Positions 9,741 through 19,976 of a stretch of DNA of 64,000 nt are shown here, piece by piece. Source of the stretch: Methanobacteriota archaeon. GTDB taxonomy: Archaea; Thermoplasmatota; Thermoplasmata; SG8-5; JAGLSY01. Position numbers and translations under genes: made by a program. The stretch is taken from positions 320,001 through 384,000 of the forward strand of contig JAEHCQ010000001.1 in assembly GCA_020696385.1 (NCBI GenBank), written 5' to 3'. Within the stretch, counting starts at the first letter, position 1, and every line of letters begins with the position of its first letter. The notes beneath the pieces are model-generated. The model was not told the origin of the DNA, made no database searches, and saw only the letters and a program-made list of their open reading frames with translations.

Positions 9741-10241
9741 TCATTCCTGGTAAAAAGTAATGGTCTTCACATCACTAACTGTTTTGATCTTCTCTATGAT
9801 CTTCGCTGGGATCGGAGTATCGGTTATGATATAGAGCAAGCCAGCAGAAGTAGCAGGGCATTGTGCCTGTCTAATAGAAATACCGCCTTCGCCGATTATG
9901 CTGGTGATCTCACCCATGGTCCCTGGCTTTCCAGTATAACAGATATCCAATCCAATAACACCCCAACCCATGTTCAGAGCCATATTGGCAAGATTACATG
10001 TAGGACTCAATTTAGAATATATCTCGTACAATCGTGGATTGTCATTGATGGTCTTGACAGTGGATGTCACCACTCTCTTGTCCTTATCAAGCGCGGTGGC
10101 CAACTGAGAATGTGACATGGCGACCTTGTCGAAATATAATTTCATCTTATCGACCTTTATGCCAGTTTCCAGCATGTACTTTGCCACAATAGCCTGCGAT
10201 GGCAAGCGGGAAAATTCATCCTCTATCTTTCTCCACATCAT
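9741..10241 (-). CDS. ACT-domain regulator of amino-acid metabolism (COG2150-like)
   Basis: MWRKIEDEF...DKRVVTSTVKTI, GISIRQA, LYIITDTPIP pattern of this archaeal family. Confidence 0.8.
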   Translation of the reverse strand: MMWRKIEDEFSRLPSQAIVAKYMLETGIKVDKMKLYFDKVAMSHSQLATALDKDKRVVTSTVKTINDNPRLYEIYSKLSPTCNLANMALNMGWGVIGLDICYTGKPGTMGEITSIIGEGGISIRQAQCPATSAGLLYIITDTPIPAKIIEKIKTVSDVKTITFYQE

Positions 10242-10495
10242 ATGATGAAACAGGATGATGATATATAGGGATTTCTGTTGATCTTAAAATATGGTAACAA
10301 CTAGGCATAAATAATATACCATATCATTGAATCGAGTTGAATAAGTAATAGATAAAACATAACAAAATATTAATTCATTGTGCTAGATTATTGCAATAAA
10401 TGTTATATATATTAACTATATTAATATGTGCTAACATCTAACATTAATGTATCAAAATAGTACAATTGAAGTTAGAGACAAAGAGGAGGAATAAG

Positions 10496-13309
10496 ATGAA
10501 ATTGAAATTATTAGCAGTCACAGTGACTGCCATGTTGATAATGAGTGGGTTTGGACTATTAGCTGTTAGTGGTGACACTGGAGAATCGGTCCAACTGAAT
10601 AGTGGAGTAACTGCCAGTTATGGCCTCATTCCAGATTATGAGCCAAATGCATTCGTACCCAGGACGATCCTCATGGAGGACTTCACGAATTGGGGATGTG
10701 TTCCCTGTGCGGATTACGCCACATATTTGGACCCGGCACTGGACAATTACAATTATGAAGAGATCGCACCAATTTACTATCATTGGTACTTCCCAGATCC
10801 AGAAGATGCAGTAGACAATTACATGGAACTGGAGCAGGATCCGACAGAGGTCGAGGTCTACTATTCGAGACAGAGGAATGATAACAACTATGCGCCCAAC
10901 ACATACATTGATGGTTGGGACTATCCTGAGACCCGGGATCAAGCTGCACTCGAATCGTATTTTGACGGGCGCTTGAACCAATCAGCATACCCTGCCAATA
11001 TTACAATAACCACTTCAGGTGCTATTGACGATATTGGGCTGACTGGCTCAATTGACATCAATGTCATGATAGAAGAGCCTATTTCAAACGCTGGGGACCT
11101 GAGATTGTTCGCTCAATTATGGGAGAATAACATCACAAGGACCGTTCAGGGAGATGCACCACCATATCCAAATGGTGAAACGTGGATGAGATGGGCATGC
11201 TGGGATATGGTGCTGACCGAGGACGGATATGATATTTCAGCATTGGATACCCCTGGGGAATATATAGACCTCAATGTGCCTTTCGACATTGAAGCGGAAT
11301 GGGATCCTGACGAGATTGGAATGACGGTGTTTGTAACACATGCGACTATTGACAATTACTTGGTTGAACAGGCCAAAGTCGAGCTCTTTGACAATGCTGC
11401 TCCGGCAGTGACATTGGTGTCTCCAGCCCCCGCAGTTGCCGAGCAGATCTTGAGCGGTTCTGTGGACATTGAATGGACAGCTTCAGATCTTGAAGATGTG
11501 GATGATTCCACCCTTGATATCTCCATTGATTATAGTGCAGATGGCGGTTCATCATGGACAACCATTTATTCCGGAACTGACAACAATGTTGCTCCATACA
11601 CATACACGTGGGACACCACAACTGCAATAGAAGGTGACGGAATTGGCTACAAGATTAAAGTCATAGCTGTTGATTCAGGAGGTTTTACTGGCAATGGCGC
11701 AAGTCAGGAATTGCTTTCAATAGACAATGTCGTGGATGACACATGGTTCTTCCAGATGGATGGGCCTTTTGACCTTAATACGGCACCTGCAGAGACAAGT
11801 GCTAATATTGCAACGGTAATCGTACCTGACGGTGGAGATTATCTGGTAGGGGCCTGGGAGACCACACAGACCTTCTCAGGTAAGAGCATAAACGGCGATT
11901 GGACATTCAACGTATATGGAAAGAGCCCTGATCCTCAGTTACAAGGTTACCTGTATGCCAAGATGTTCACATCATCAAATCCTGGAACTCCATTGGATAC
12001 AACCATTCTTGACACAGAGGATGTAGGAACCTTCCAGGCAAGCAATCTTTTCACTTGGACAGATTCATTGACTGGAACAATTGGAGATGGAGACGGCGTG
12101 ATCGTAGAGATTTGGTTAAGTGCAGTAGGAGGCCCATGGCCACCATTATCACTCGAATCCGCCAATCCTGGATTTGATACTGGTACCACTTCATGGACTT
12201 ATGCCGATGTTGCAGACGGAAATGGAGATGTTACCGGGAATCATCAAACCTCCGCAGGGAATCCTGGTGGTTATGTTGATGTTTACATGACTCCCCCCAC
12301 AAGAGGTTCAGATCCAAGAGAGATAGGGTGTGGTTACTGGGAGATCCCAATAACTACAGGGTGCATACCTTCTGTAGCTACCTTGGAATTCGATTGGACT
12401 TGCTTGCAGGTGGGCAGTGATCTAGAATTCACTTATGCCTATGTCTTCCTCGACACATGGTCAGGCGGACCAGGTGGAGGAACCCCTGACCTTATTTCAG
12501 CTTCGGTTTGGAATCAAGCTGTAAGCTCAACCTCAGGCTGGGCTTCAGTTGGTCCCATTGATGTGAGTGGTATCATGAATGCTGACACCACATACTTCCT
12601 GAAGCTGGTGTGGAGAACTGCTTATCTTAGAGGTTCTGGCACTTATGAGTTAGGATTTGACAATGCCAAGGTATCCTGGGAACAACCATCACCATCGTTT
12701 GAAATGGAATACGATTATGGTACAACGCAGTCAAATGTTGAGCCAACCATCGGGACCGGAGCACCACCAGTGAACTACGATGTCGACACTAGCGCAGCAG
12801 TAGCTGGAGATTGGGTCTTTGTATCATTCCCAATAACTGCATCCGGAGATGTGTTAACAGTTCTCGATGATGCGAACTGGGGTAATGGCGACACCACATG
12901 GGAGACCATCTGCTGGTACGATCCAACTGAGGTCGATCATTGGAAGACCTATGACAAGGCACAATTCGCTGCTGGTATCGCACAGGACATGCCAAACGTG
13001 AACAATGCTATGGGCATGTGGGTGAAACTCACAACAGCAGGAGCACTCCTGACTGTTGGCCAGGGACAAGAACCAACAAGCACAGGTATCAGTCTGGATG
13101 CTGGTTGGAACCTAGTTGGTTATCCCGCACAGGATGATTCAACCTACGATGTTCTGGACCTGAAAACAGCGACAGGCGCATCCATGGTTGAAGGCTACGG
13201 TGCTGGACCATACGGAATCGTCACACTCGCAGACAACTATGTCTTGCAGCGTGGTGAGGCGTACTGGGTCTATGTCGGAGTCGGCGGAACCTGGACAGTC
13301 AACTGGTAA
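10496..13309 (+). CDS. Secreted protein with an Omp28/thioredoxin-like CxxC domain and Ig-like domains
   Basis: Signal peptide; LMEDFTNWGCVPC and YYHW; C-terminal GWNLVGYP/GEAYWVYV module; ATG 10496 after GAGGAGG. Confidence 0.8.
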   Translation: MKLKLLAVTVTAMLIMSGFGLLAVSGDTGESVQLNSGVTASYGLIPDYEPNAFVPRTILMEDFTNWGCVPCADYATYLDPALDNYNYEEIAPIYYHWYFPDPEDAVDNYMELEQDPTEVEVYYSRQRNDNNYAPNTYIDGWDYPETRDQAALESYFDGRLNQSAYPANITITTSGAIDDIGLTGSIDINVMIEEPISNAGDLRLFAQLWENNITRTVQGDAPPYPNGETWMRWACWDMVLTEDGYDISALDTPGEYIDLNVPFDIEAEWDPDEIGMTVFVTHATIDNYLVEQAKVELFDNAAPAVTLVSPAPAVAEQILSGSVDIEWTASDLEDVDDSTLDISIDYSADGGSSWTTIYSGTDNNVAPYTYTWDTTTAIEGDGIGYKIKVIAVDSGGFTGNGASQELLSIDNVVDDTWFFQMDGPFDLNTAPAETSANIATVIVPDGGDYLVGAWETTQTFSGKSINGDWTFNVYGKSPDPQLQGYLYAKMFTSSNPGTPLDTTILDTEDVGTFQASNLFTWTDSLTGTIGDGDGVIVEIWLSAVGGPWPPLSLESANPGFDTGTTSWTYADVADGNGDVTGNHQTSAGNPGGYVDVYMTPPTRGSDPREIGCGYWEIPITTGCIPSVATLEFDWTCLQVGSDLEFTYAYVFLDTWSGGPGGGTPDLISASVWNQAVSSTSGWASVGPIDVSGIMNADTTYFLKLVWRTAYLRGSGTYELGFDNAKVSWEQPSPSFEMEYDYGTTQSNVEPTIGTGAPPVNYDVDTSAAVAGDWVFVSFPITASGDVLTVLDDANWGNGDTTWETICWYDPTEVDHWKTYDKAQFAAGIAQDMPNVNNAMGMWVKLTTAGALLTVGQGQEPTSTGISLDAGWNLVGYPAQDDSTYDVLDLKTATGASMVEGYGAGPYGIVTLADNYVLQRGEAYWVYVGVGGTWTVNW

Positions 13310-13328
13310 GCAGGAGAAAGAAAGAAAT

Positions 13329-13365
13329 GAGAGAGCCCTATGGGCTCTCTCCCATTTAATTTTTT
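13329..13365 (+). terminator. Stem-loop plus T-tract terminator
   Basis: GAGAGAGCCC-TAT-GGGCTCTCTC (10 bp) followed by a T-rich run, 20 nt after the stop codon. Confidence 0.7.
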
Positions 13366-13444
13366 AATAAAATCACCATCATAATCAAATATGAAAACAT
13401 ATTCACAGTTACATATCATTCAATAATTAACAGAGGAAGATAAA

Positions 13445-16123
13445 ATGAAGAAAACACAGCTCAGCATGATAATAGTAGGAATATTGACATTGGCCCTAAT
13501 GATGCCAATCTTTACTAGCTTAGTAGAGAGTAGACCTGCAGAGGAAAGCACACCGGCTTCTGTACCCATGCATCCCGACGATTTCGTTGTGGACTGGTGG
13601 ACCTCCCCAGAATACCCATTGGGAGCAAATTGGACAACAGGGCTCGGTGGGGATATCATAACTGTATATATCCAGTTCAACAGCAGCTATATCGATTATG
13701 CTGAATTGCAAAATGCAAAATGCACCACGATTTGTACTGTGAATCCTACTTGGGAAGTCATGACCTACACGGGCGCGGACAATATCTGGTCCTGCAACCT
13801 CCCCGGCGACTGGGACGTGGGATGGGACGTATACCAATATTCCACAAACTCAGGTGAATACACTGCTTTCCAAATATATGTCGAGAACTCAACATCTTGG
13901 GATTATGGAGTTTACCCTGATGAAGATGGTGATGGCAATTACCAAGCATACGACACGTGGCCACACATATATCCAGCAATCCCACCGACCCAGATCAATG
14001 CCACCACTCAAGTCTCCAAGGCGGTTCTGTACCCTGGAGAGACATTCGATGTTTTTGGAAGCGCGCATTACTGGCCAAGCACTTCATACCCTGGCAATTA
14101 TTCTAGGCTTATTCCTGTTACAGAGACCAATGTGTCTATAACTCTCAATCCGACCTACGATGGAAAGACCGATGCCAATGGTGATTATTCCTTCACTATC
14201 CAGGCCCCTACAACACCAGGATTCTACAATATCAGTACAGACATGACAAATGATACCAAGAACTGGGCTGGCAATGAATCAAGGAATGTGCCATGTGTGT
14301 CTGGTGATGTGATGATCCAGGTTCTGGATATCGATATCGATGTAAATGCAGTTCCCAATGCCACCTACCCGGACAAGAATATTTCTGTCAATGGAGATGC
14401 ATTATGGGAAGATGCCAGCGCAGTGGCGACCTCTCCGGTTAACATCACGATAGTGGAGACTGGCGACTATTGGAATACAAACACAGATGCTGCTGGACTC
14501 TATGATCAGATCATAACTGTTCCAAGCACTCCCAACACTTACACTGTGAATGTGGAAGTCGAGGATGCGGCTACTGGCCATATCAAGACTGGACAGACCA
14601 CGATAGAGGTCCAGACACCGACAATGAACCTGACAGCCGAGTCCAGTGCCAGCACAGCACTCCCGGATCAGACCCTGACCATAACTGGACATGCGGAGTA
14701 TGGGAACGGAGACAATGCGACAAATGCCGAGGTCAATATCACATTGAACGGTGTCGCTGATGTGTACTGGAACAGTACGACAGATGCCAATGGGGATTAT
14801 TCCATTGATATCACCACACCTTTGACCCCGGATACCTACACTATCAATATCACAGCAGAGAGCCCATTGTACACGGGCTTGATGGCCTACAATGAGACCG
14901 ACATTTTGGTAACGGCGGTTCCAGTGCCAGATCTTGTATTGGCAAACACGGACATAATCATAACAGCCGCAGATGGTCTATTCGATGGCGAGGACATTGA
15001 CATAACCGTTAAAATTAAAAACACAGGCATAGCCAATGCGACTGGCGTGTTGGTCACCTTTGATATTAATGACATCGAGATAGATAACAAGACCATTGAC
15101 GTATCACAGGGTGGAAGCACCAATATCACCATCACCTGGGAAGCTGTACAGGGCAATAACACACTCAATATCTCTGTGGATCCTCTGAATGCGATCGAGG
15201 AATCATTCGAGAACAATAACAATGCCTCAAAGATTCTGATCATAGACATCGACACAGATGGGGATGGAATAGGAGATTCATCAGATATCGACATTGATGG
15301 GGATGGATACAACAATACGGATGATGAATTCCCACTGGACGATGATGAATGGCTGGATACGGATGGGGACAGCGAGGGCGACAATGAGGACACCGATGAT
15401 GATAATGACGGTGTGCTGGATGTCGATGACGCATTCCCATTAGATGATACAGAGGACACGGATACCGATGGCGATGGTGTCGGAGATAATGCAGATACCG
15501 ACGATGATGATGACGGTGTGCTGGATGTTAACGACTCATTCCCATTGGACGATACCGAGACAGAGGACTATGATGGTGACGGTATTGGAGACAATGCAGA
15601 CACCGATGATGATGAAGATGGCTATCTGGATGCGACAGAGGATCCCGAACTGCATGACACGGACAATGATGGATTGACCAATGATATCGACAATGACGAT
15701 GATAATGATGGAAAGGTCGATACAGCAGACACCATGCCTTATGACACGGACAATGATGGATTGACCAATGCCGAAGACACCGATGATGATGGTGACGGAG
15801 TATTGGACAAGGACGAGGATCTGAACTGGAACGGAATAGTGGACGATGATGAGACCGACTGGACCAACTCCGACACAGATGGAGATGGGGTGAATGACAA
15901 GGATGACTATGCTCCACTTGATCCAGAGGTCATGTTCAGCACGGATGTTGAGGATGATAGCGGAAGCATAATGCCATTTGCCATTCTTGGAATAGTATTG
16001 ATAGTCGTGGCTGTCGTAGCTATAATGATGATGGGAAAAGGCAAGGGACCGAATAAAACAGGAGAAGAAGCACCTTCAGAGACCGAGCCAGAAGCTCAGA
16101 AAGAGGAAATACCAGAACAGTGA
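13445..16123 (+). CDS. Membrane-anchored surface protein with a CARDB domain and thrombospondin type-3-like Ca-binding repeats
   Basis: Signal peptide; PDLV...VDPLNAIEESFENNN (CARDB); many DTDGDGxGD/DAFPLD repeats; C-terminal TM. Confidence 0.88.
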   Translation: MKKTQLSMIIVGILTLALMMPIFTSLVESRPAEESTPASVPMHPDDFVVDWWTSPEYPLGANWTTGLGGDIITVYIQFNSSYIDYAELQNAKCTTICTVNPTWEVMTYTGADNIWSCNLPGDWDVGWDVYQYSTNSGEYTAFQIYVENSTSWDYGVYPDEDGDGNYQAYDTWPHIYPAIPPTQINATTQVSKAVLYPGETFDVFGSAHYWPSTSYPGNYSRLIPVTETNVSITLNPTYDGKTDANGDYSFTIQAPTTPGFYNISTDMTNDTKNWAGNESRNVPCVSGDVMIQVLDIDIDVNAVPNATYPDKNISVNGDALWEDASAVATSPVNITIVETGDYWNTNTDAAGLYDQIITVPSTPNTYTVNVEVEDAATGHIKTGQTTIEVQTPTMNLTAESSASTALPDQTLTITGHAEYGNGDNATNAEVNITLNGVADVYWNSTTDANGDYSIDITTPLTPDTYTINITAESPLYTGLMAYNETDILVTAVPVPDLVLANTDIIITAADGLFDGEDIDITVKIKNTGIANATGVLVTFDINDIEIDNKTIDVSQGGSTNITITWEAVQGNNTLNISVDPLNAIEESFENNNNASKILIIDIDTDGDGIGDSSDIDIDGDGYNNTDDEFPLDDDEWLDTDGDSEGDNEDTDDDNDGVLDVDDAFPLDDTEDTDTDGDGVGDNADTDDDDDGVLDVNDSFPLDDTETEDYDGDGIGDNADTDDDEDGYLDATEDPELHDTDNDGLTNDIDNDDDNDGKVDTADTMPYDTDNDGLTNAEDTDDDGDGVLDKDEDLNWNGIVDDDETDWTNSDTDGDGVNDKDDYAPLDPEVMFSTDVEDDSGSIMPFAILGIVLIVVAVVAIMMMGKGKGPNKTGEEAPSETEPEAQKEEIPEQ

Positions 16124-16151
16124 GGTAAGCAAAGCGGAATAGGTAATACAC

Positions 16152-19100
16152 ATGCAGCTCAGCACTTACAGAAGGACATCGCAGATAGCATTCCTGATCA
16201 TCACACTGTCAGGAATACTCTTTGGGCTGAGCACGACTGGAATTATCTATCCTTATTTCTTCTGTTATTCATGTCCATGGGATGTGGGAGCTTGCCCTAT
16301 CGGAATACTGGAACATTCGGTCATTGATATTCAGATCGAAGGATTGTTCTGGACTGGTATGGCCATGCTTGGTTTCCTCATCGGATTCCTGGTCCTGATG
16401 GGAATGATGTTCGGAAGAGGATTCTGCGGCTGGGGATGCCCAATTGGCGCACTTCAGGATGTCACCAATAAAACTGGTATTGGCAAATACTTGAACAAAA
16501 AGATAGGTGGAGAGATCGATCACCGTGTCAAGTACATCAAATATCTCATATTGATAGCAATACCCTTCCTATCTTACTATTACATGGACCTGTTCTATAC
16601 CACGTTCTGTCCGGTAGGTGGCATTACTGGAACCGTACCGACACTGATCTTCTATGCCTCGGACTGGACCCTGGGAACCACCTTCCCGATAAAGATCACT
16701 TCCATCGTGCTTTTCGTTATACTGATACTATTGGTCGTTAGAGGATGGTGCAAGTACCTGTGTCCAGTGGGCGCATTCTTGGCTCCACTGAATTACAAAT
16801 CCGCTATTAACCTATCAAGGAATGAGGGATCATGTACCAACTGCAATCTCTGTGAAAGAGCATGCCCTATGGATGTAAAGGGCATGGGGAGACATGAGGA
16901 TGCGGAGTGCATCCTATGTGGCCGATGCGTAGACAATTGCAGGCATGGATCTCTGAAGCTGGGTTCCAGATTCGCAAAAGGAAAGATGGCTGGTTTCCTG
17001 CCATGGATCATCGTCGTATTGCTTGCATCATCACTCATGGTCGCCGGAGCCTACAATGCAGGCTATGAACGTGTGGATGCTATCAATGCCATACCTTGCT
17101 TGGGATGCCTGGCTCTTGATCCTGTGAGCCCGGATGAATGGTTCTTCAGTGATTCGGACACGATCAATGAGGATGGTACTGGAAATCATCAAGACTTTGT
17201 TATGGAGGATCTTGGCAATAGCCCCGTGTTCCTTCATTATCGAACCATAGTATGTGCGGCATGCGATGAGATGGAGCCGCATATAGAGGAATTGGAAGAT
17301 GAGTATGGGGAACAGATCAAGTTCATACACATCAATCTCGATCTCGCACCTGAGGATGAGGTGGACAGTTACTATGATTACGATGTACTGGGTGAGGTGG
17401 ATGACACTTCAGGAGTTCCACTTTTTGCCATAGTCACCCTCAATGAGACCGCGGACGGAGTTGTACCGGTATTCAAATCAGTATATGGTTCATCCAGTGA
17501 TGCTGGTGCTTCCAAGAAAGATGATCTGAAGATCGTCATAGAAGAAGCTATTGCAAGATACCAGGAAGCAGCTGGACCGATCTCTGTTGTAGATACAGGC
17601 AAGATGCCTTTTGTCGAGCTTTTCGTTGATGAGGCATGTGTCAATTGCCCGGTCACAGAAGAGGTCCTAATGGAATTCGAACATGATGGCATCTCCAACT
17701 ATGTGGCATACAATACGAATTCCCCGACCACATCAGGCAATTATTCCAGCTATATGGAAAGCTTTTATCAATTGGATATAAATGATAATCCAAATGGCAG
17801 TCTGGGTCACCCATGGGCCATCTTCAATGGAGGTCCGGTCAATAAACTTGGCGGGGGATCAATGGCAAACTTGGATGATGTCGCAGACCTGTATATGACG
17901 TTGATATCCAGCTCGGACATGGCAGATACAAATATCTCCATCGAAGGGGAATTGAGCGAGTCATCTGGAGCCTTAGAAACAAGCATGTCGATCCTCAATA
18001 TAGAAAACTCCACCCATTCGGTTCTTGTCAAGGCCATGCTTGTGGAGAAAGTATCCAGATTCCCAAATATCCATGGAGATCCAATACCAAATGCCTTCAT
18101 AGATCTCATAGTGAATCAGACCTATGATCTGGTAGGAAATGAGATAGAGTTCGTCAATATCACATGGGATGGAACTGATGCACTGGCTTATTCGGATTTC
18201 AGACTAAGCAATCTTGGTGTGGTCATAACCATCTGGCAGGATGGAGTGCTTGTGAACTCGAAGATGATAGATGCTGGCCTGGAGGAAGTACTTCTCTGGG
18301 AAGTTGATAAGGATGTCAAGGCCATAGAGACCAACAGTTCCGCAACATTCGACCTGACACTATGGAACTATCAGGATACTGCAATTCCAGTTAACCTTTC
18401 CAGCATACAGTTAACCTCCCTAAACCAATGGACCGTGGATCTATCTGATAATGATCTCACTATCCCGGCCATGGGATCTCAGATCTTGACAGTGGAAGTC
18501 GGCAATGTCGCCAGTTCTATTGGCGACATTGCCGAGTTCAACATCAGGGCTAGAGGGGTCTATGACAGCACCATTGACATTAGTCAAAAGCTCACACTTC
18601 TGGTAAAGGATGACATAATTCCTCCAATAATAGCCAGTACCGGACACACACCGGTGGATGCGAAATCCACCGACCTCATTGAAATGTCTGCAGTGGTCGG
18701 GGATCTATCACCTGTCGAAGTGAAGGTGCTTTATTACTCCTGCACTGACGAGGTATGCTCCGCCACCTTCGAGATCAATATGACAACGACTGACGGTAAT
18801 ACCTACACCGCCAGTGCTTATGCGATAGAAGATATACATAATATATTCCATTACAAGATAATCGCAGAGGATGAGGCAGGAAATATCCAGGAAAGTGAAT
18901 GGCTGGATGCACATCTCATACCTGTGGAAGAGGGACATCATGGAGAAGAAACCTCAGACCCAGAAGCCTTCAATACCATGGGCATCGCGGTATTGATATT
19001 GTTCGCAATGGTCGCTATTGGATTGAATATTGCAAGGATAGTTCGGAAACCGAAGAAGTCTGGCAAGACTGTTGAGAAGACAGATGATATCGAAGAGGAT

Positions 19101-19157
19101 GAAGAAGCGGATGAACAGGATATCGTGGAAGAAGATACATCAGATCAGGATGAGTAA
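16152..19157 (+). CDS. NapH/YccM-like membrane 4Fe-4S protein fused to extracellular thioredoxin-like and Ig-like domains
   Basis: GRGFCGWGCPIG, WCKYLCPVG, CTNCNLCERACP, CILCGRCVDNC; then TM, CLGC, CAAC..MEP (thioredoxin), VELFVDEACVNCP; C-terminal TM and acidic tail. Confidence 0.85.
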   Translation: MQLSTYRRTSQIAFLIITLSGILFGLSTTGIIYPYFFCYSCPWDVGACPIGILEHSVIDIQIEGLFWTGMAMLGFLIGFLVLMGMMFGRGFCGWGCPIGALQDVTNKTGIGKYLNKKIGGEIDHRVKYIKYLILIAIPFLSYYYMDLFYTTFCPVGGITGTVPTLIFYASDWTLGTTFPIKITSIVLFVILILLVVRGWCKYLCPVGAFLAPLNYKSAINLSRNEGSCTNCNLCERACPMDVKGMGRHEDAECILCGRCVDNCRHGSLKLGSRFAKGKMAGFLPWIIVVLLASSLMVAGAYNAGYERVDAINAIPCLGCLALDPVSPDEWFFSDSDTINEDGTGNHQDFVMEDLGNSPVFLHYRTIVCAACDEMEPHIEELEDEYGEQIKFIHINLDLAPEDEVDSYYDYDVLGEVDDTSGVPLFAIVTLNETADGVVPVFKSVYGSSSDAGASKKDDLKIVIEEAIARYQEAAGPISVVDTGKMPFVELFVDEACVNCPVTEEVLMEFEHDGISNYVAYNTNSPTTSGNYSSYMESFYQLDINDNPNGSLGHPWAIFNGGPVNKLGGGSMANLDDVADLYMTLISSSDMADTNISIEGELSESSGALETSMSILNIENSTHSVLVKAMLVEKVSRFPNIHGDPIPNAFIDLIVNQTYDLVGNEIEFVNITWDGTDALAYSDFRLSNLGVVITIWQDGVLVNSKMIDAGLEEVLLWEVDKDVKAIETNSSATFDLTLWNYQDTAIPVNLSSIQLTSLNQWTVDLSDNDLTIPAMGSQILTVEVGNVASSIGDIAEFNIRARGVYDSTIDISQKLTLLVKDDIIPPIIASTGHTPVDAKSTDLIEMSAVVGDLSPVEVKVLYYSCTDEVCSATFEINMTTTDGNTYTASAYAIEDIHNIFHYKIIAEDEAGNIQESEWLDAHLIPVEEGHHGEETSDPEAFNTMGIAVLILFAMVAIGLNIARIVRKPKKSGKTVEKTDDIEEDEEADEQDIVEEDTSDQDE

Positions 19158-19177
19158 GAATTAGACTGAAAACATCC

Positions 19178-19858
19178 TTATGATCCGGGCTTCCATTGCG
19201 CCTTGATCTTCTTGTATTCTTTCTGTGTCTTGATCATCCACTTGATCTTGTTCCTTTTGCCTTTATGATTACGCACAGAGGTTATGACCATGATGTCTGG
19301 ACATTGGACTGCTTTTGCTCCATGTACATCTCGCACCCTCACACTTAACTCGATATCCTCCAAGTAAGAGTCCTCACTGAATCCTCCAGTTTTCAAAAAG
19401 AAATCCCTGCGGTATGATGAGTTTCCCCCGAATAACATAGTGTACCGGGATTGCCGTGTTCGCCAGTTGAATATCCTAAATGAAAGCCTATTTCTGAAGC
19501 CATCCTCCATGGGCCACAGAAGCCCGCCAGCAGCCATGACAACAGGATCCTTGCGATACACTTCCATGTACTTCCTGATCCAATCCCCAGGTGCGGTGGT
19601 GTCAGCATCGATAAAAAGGATGACTTCGCCTTTGGCCTCCTTTACACCCACGTTCCTGGCATTCCAAACACCGCCCTTATCCAGATCCAGTACACGGTCG
19701 GCTAACTTACCAGCCACCTCGACCGTATTATCCGTGGTATTATTGACGACCACGATTATCTCATAATTCCCATCATAATCCTGATCCTTCAGAGCCTGGA
19801 GGGTCTTGGTTATACGACTGGCCTCGTTCATGGCCGGAATTACCACACTGCAATCCAT
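19178..19858 (-). CDS. Glycosyltransferase family 2
   Basis: SVVIPAMNE, ARNVG, FIDADT, GGF..YLEDIEL. Confidence 0.92.
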   Translation of the reverse strand: MDCSVVIPAMNEASRITKTLQALKDQDYDGNYEIIVVVNNTTDNTVEVAGKLADRVLDLDKGGVWNARNVGVKEAKGEVILFIDADTTAPGDWIRKYMEVYRKDPVVMAAGGLLWPMEDGFRNRLSFRIFNWRTRQSRYTMLFGGNSSYRRDFFLKTGGFSEDSYLEDIELSVRVRDVHGAKAVQCPDIMVITSVRNHKGKRNKIKWMIKTQKEYKKIKAQWKPGS

Positions 19859-19899
19859 GCCATTGGTTAAGTCATGGGATTATTAAAAATGAGAATATG

Positions 19900-19944
19900 A
19901 AAATAAGAAAAAATATGAAAGGCGGGAAGAATATCGCCTTTCAT
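19900..19944 (-). terminator. Stem-loop plus T-tract terminator
   Basis: ATGAAAGGCG (19915-24)/CGCCTTTCAT (19935-44) inverted repeat, followed on the minus strand by a T-rich run. Confidence 0.6.
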
Positions 19945-19976
19945 TTGTTGGGCTTTATCTTAATGTGTGGCCAAGT

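Noticed and set aside
15230-15930. Repetitive DNA resembling an array
   Set aside because: In-frame thrombospondin type-3-like DxDxDG coding repeats with no repeat-spacer structure; not CRISPR.
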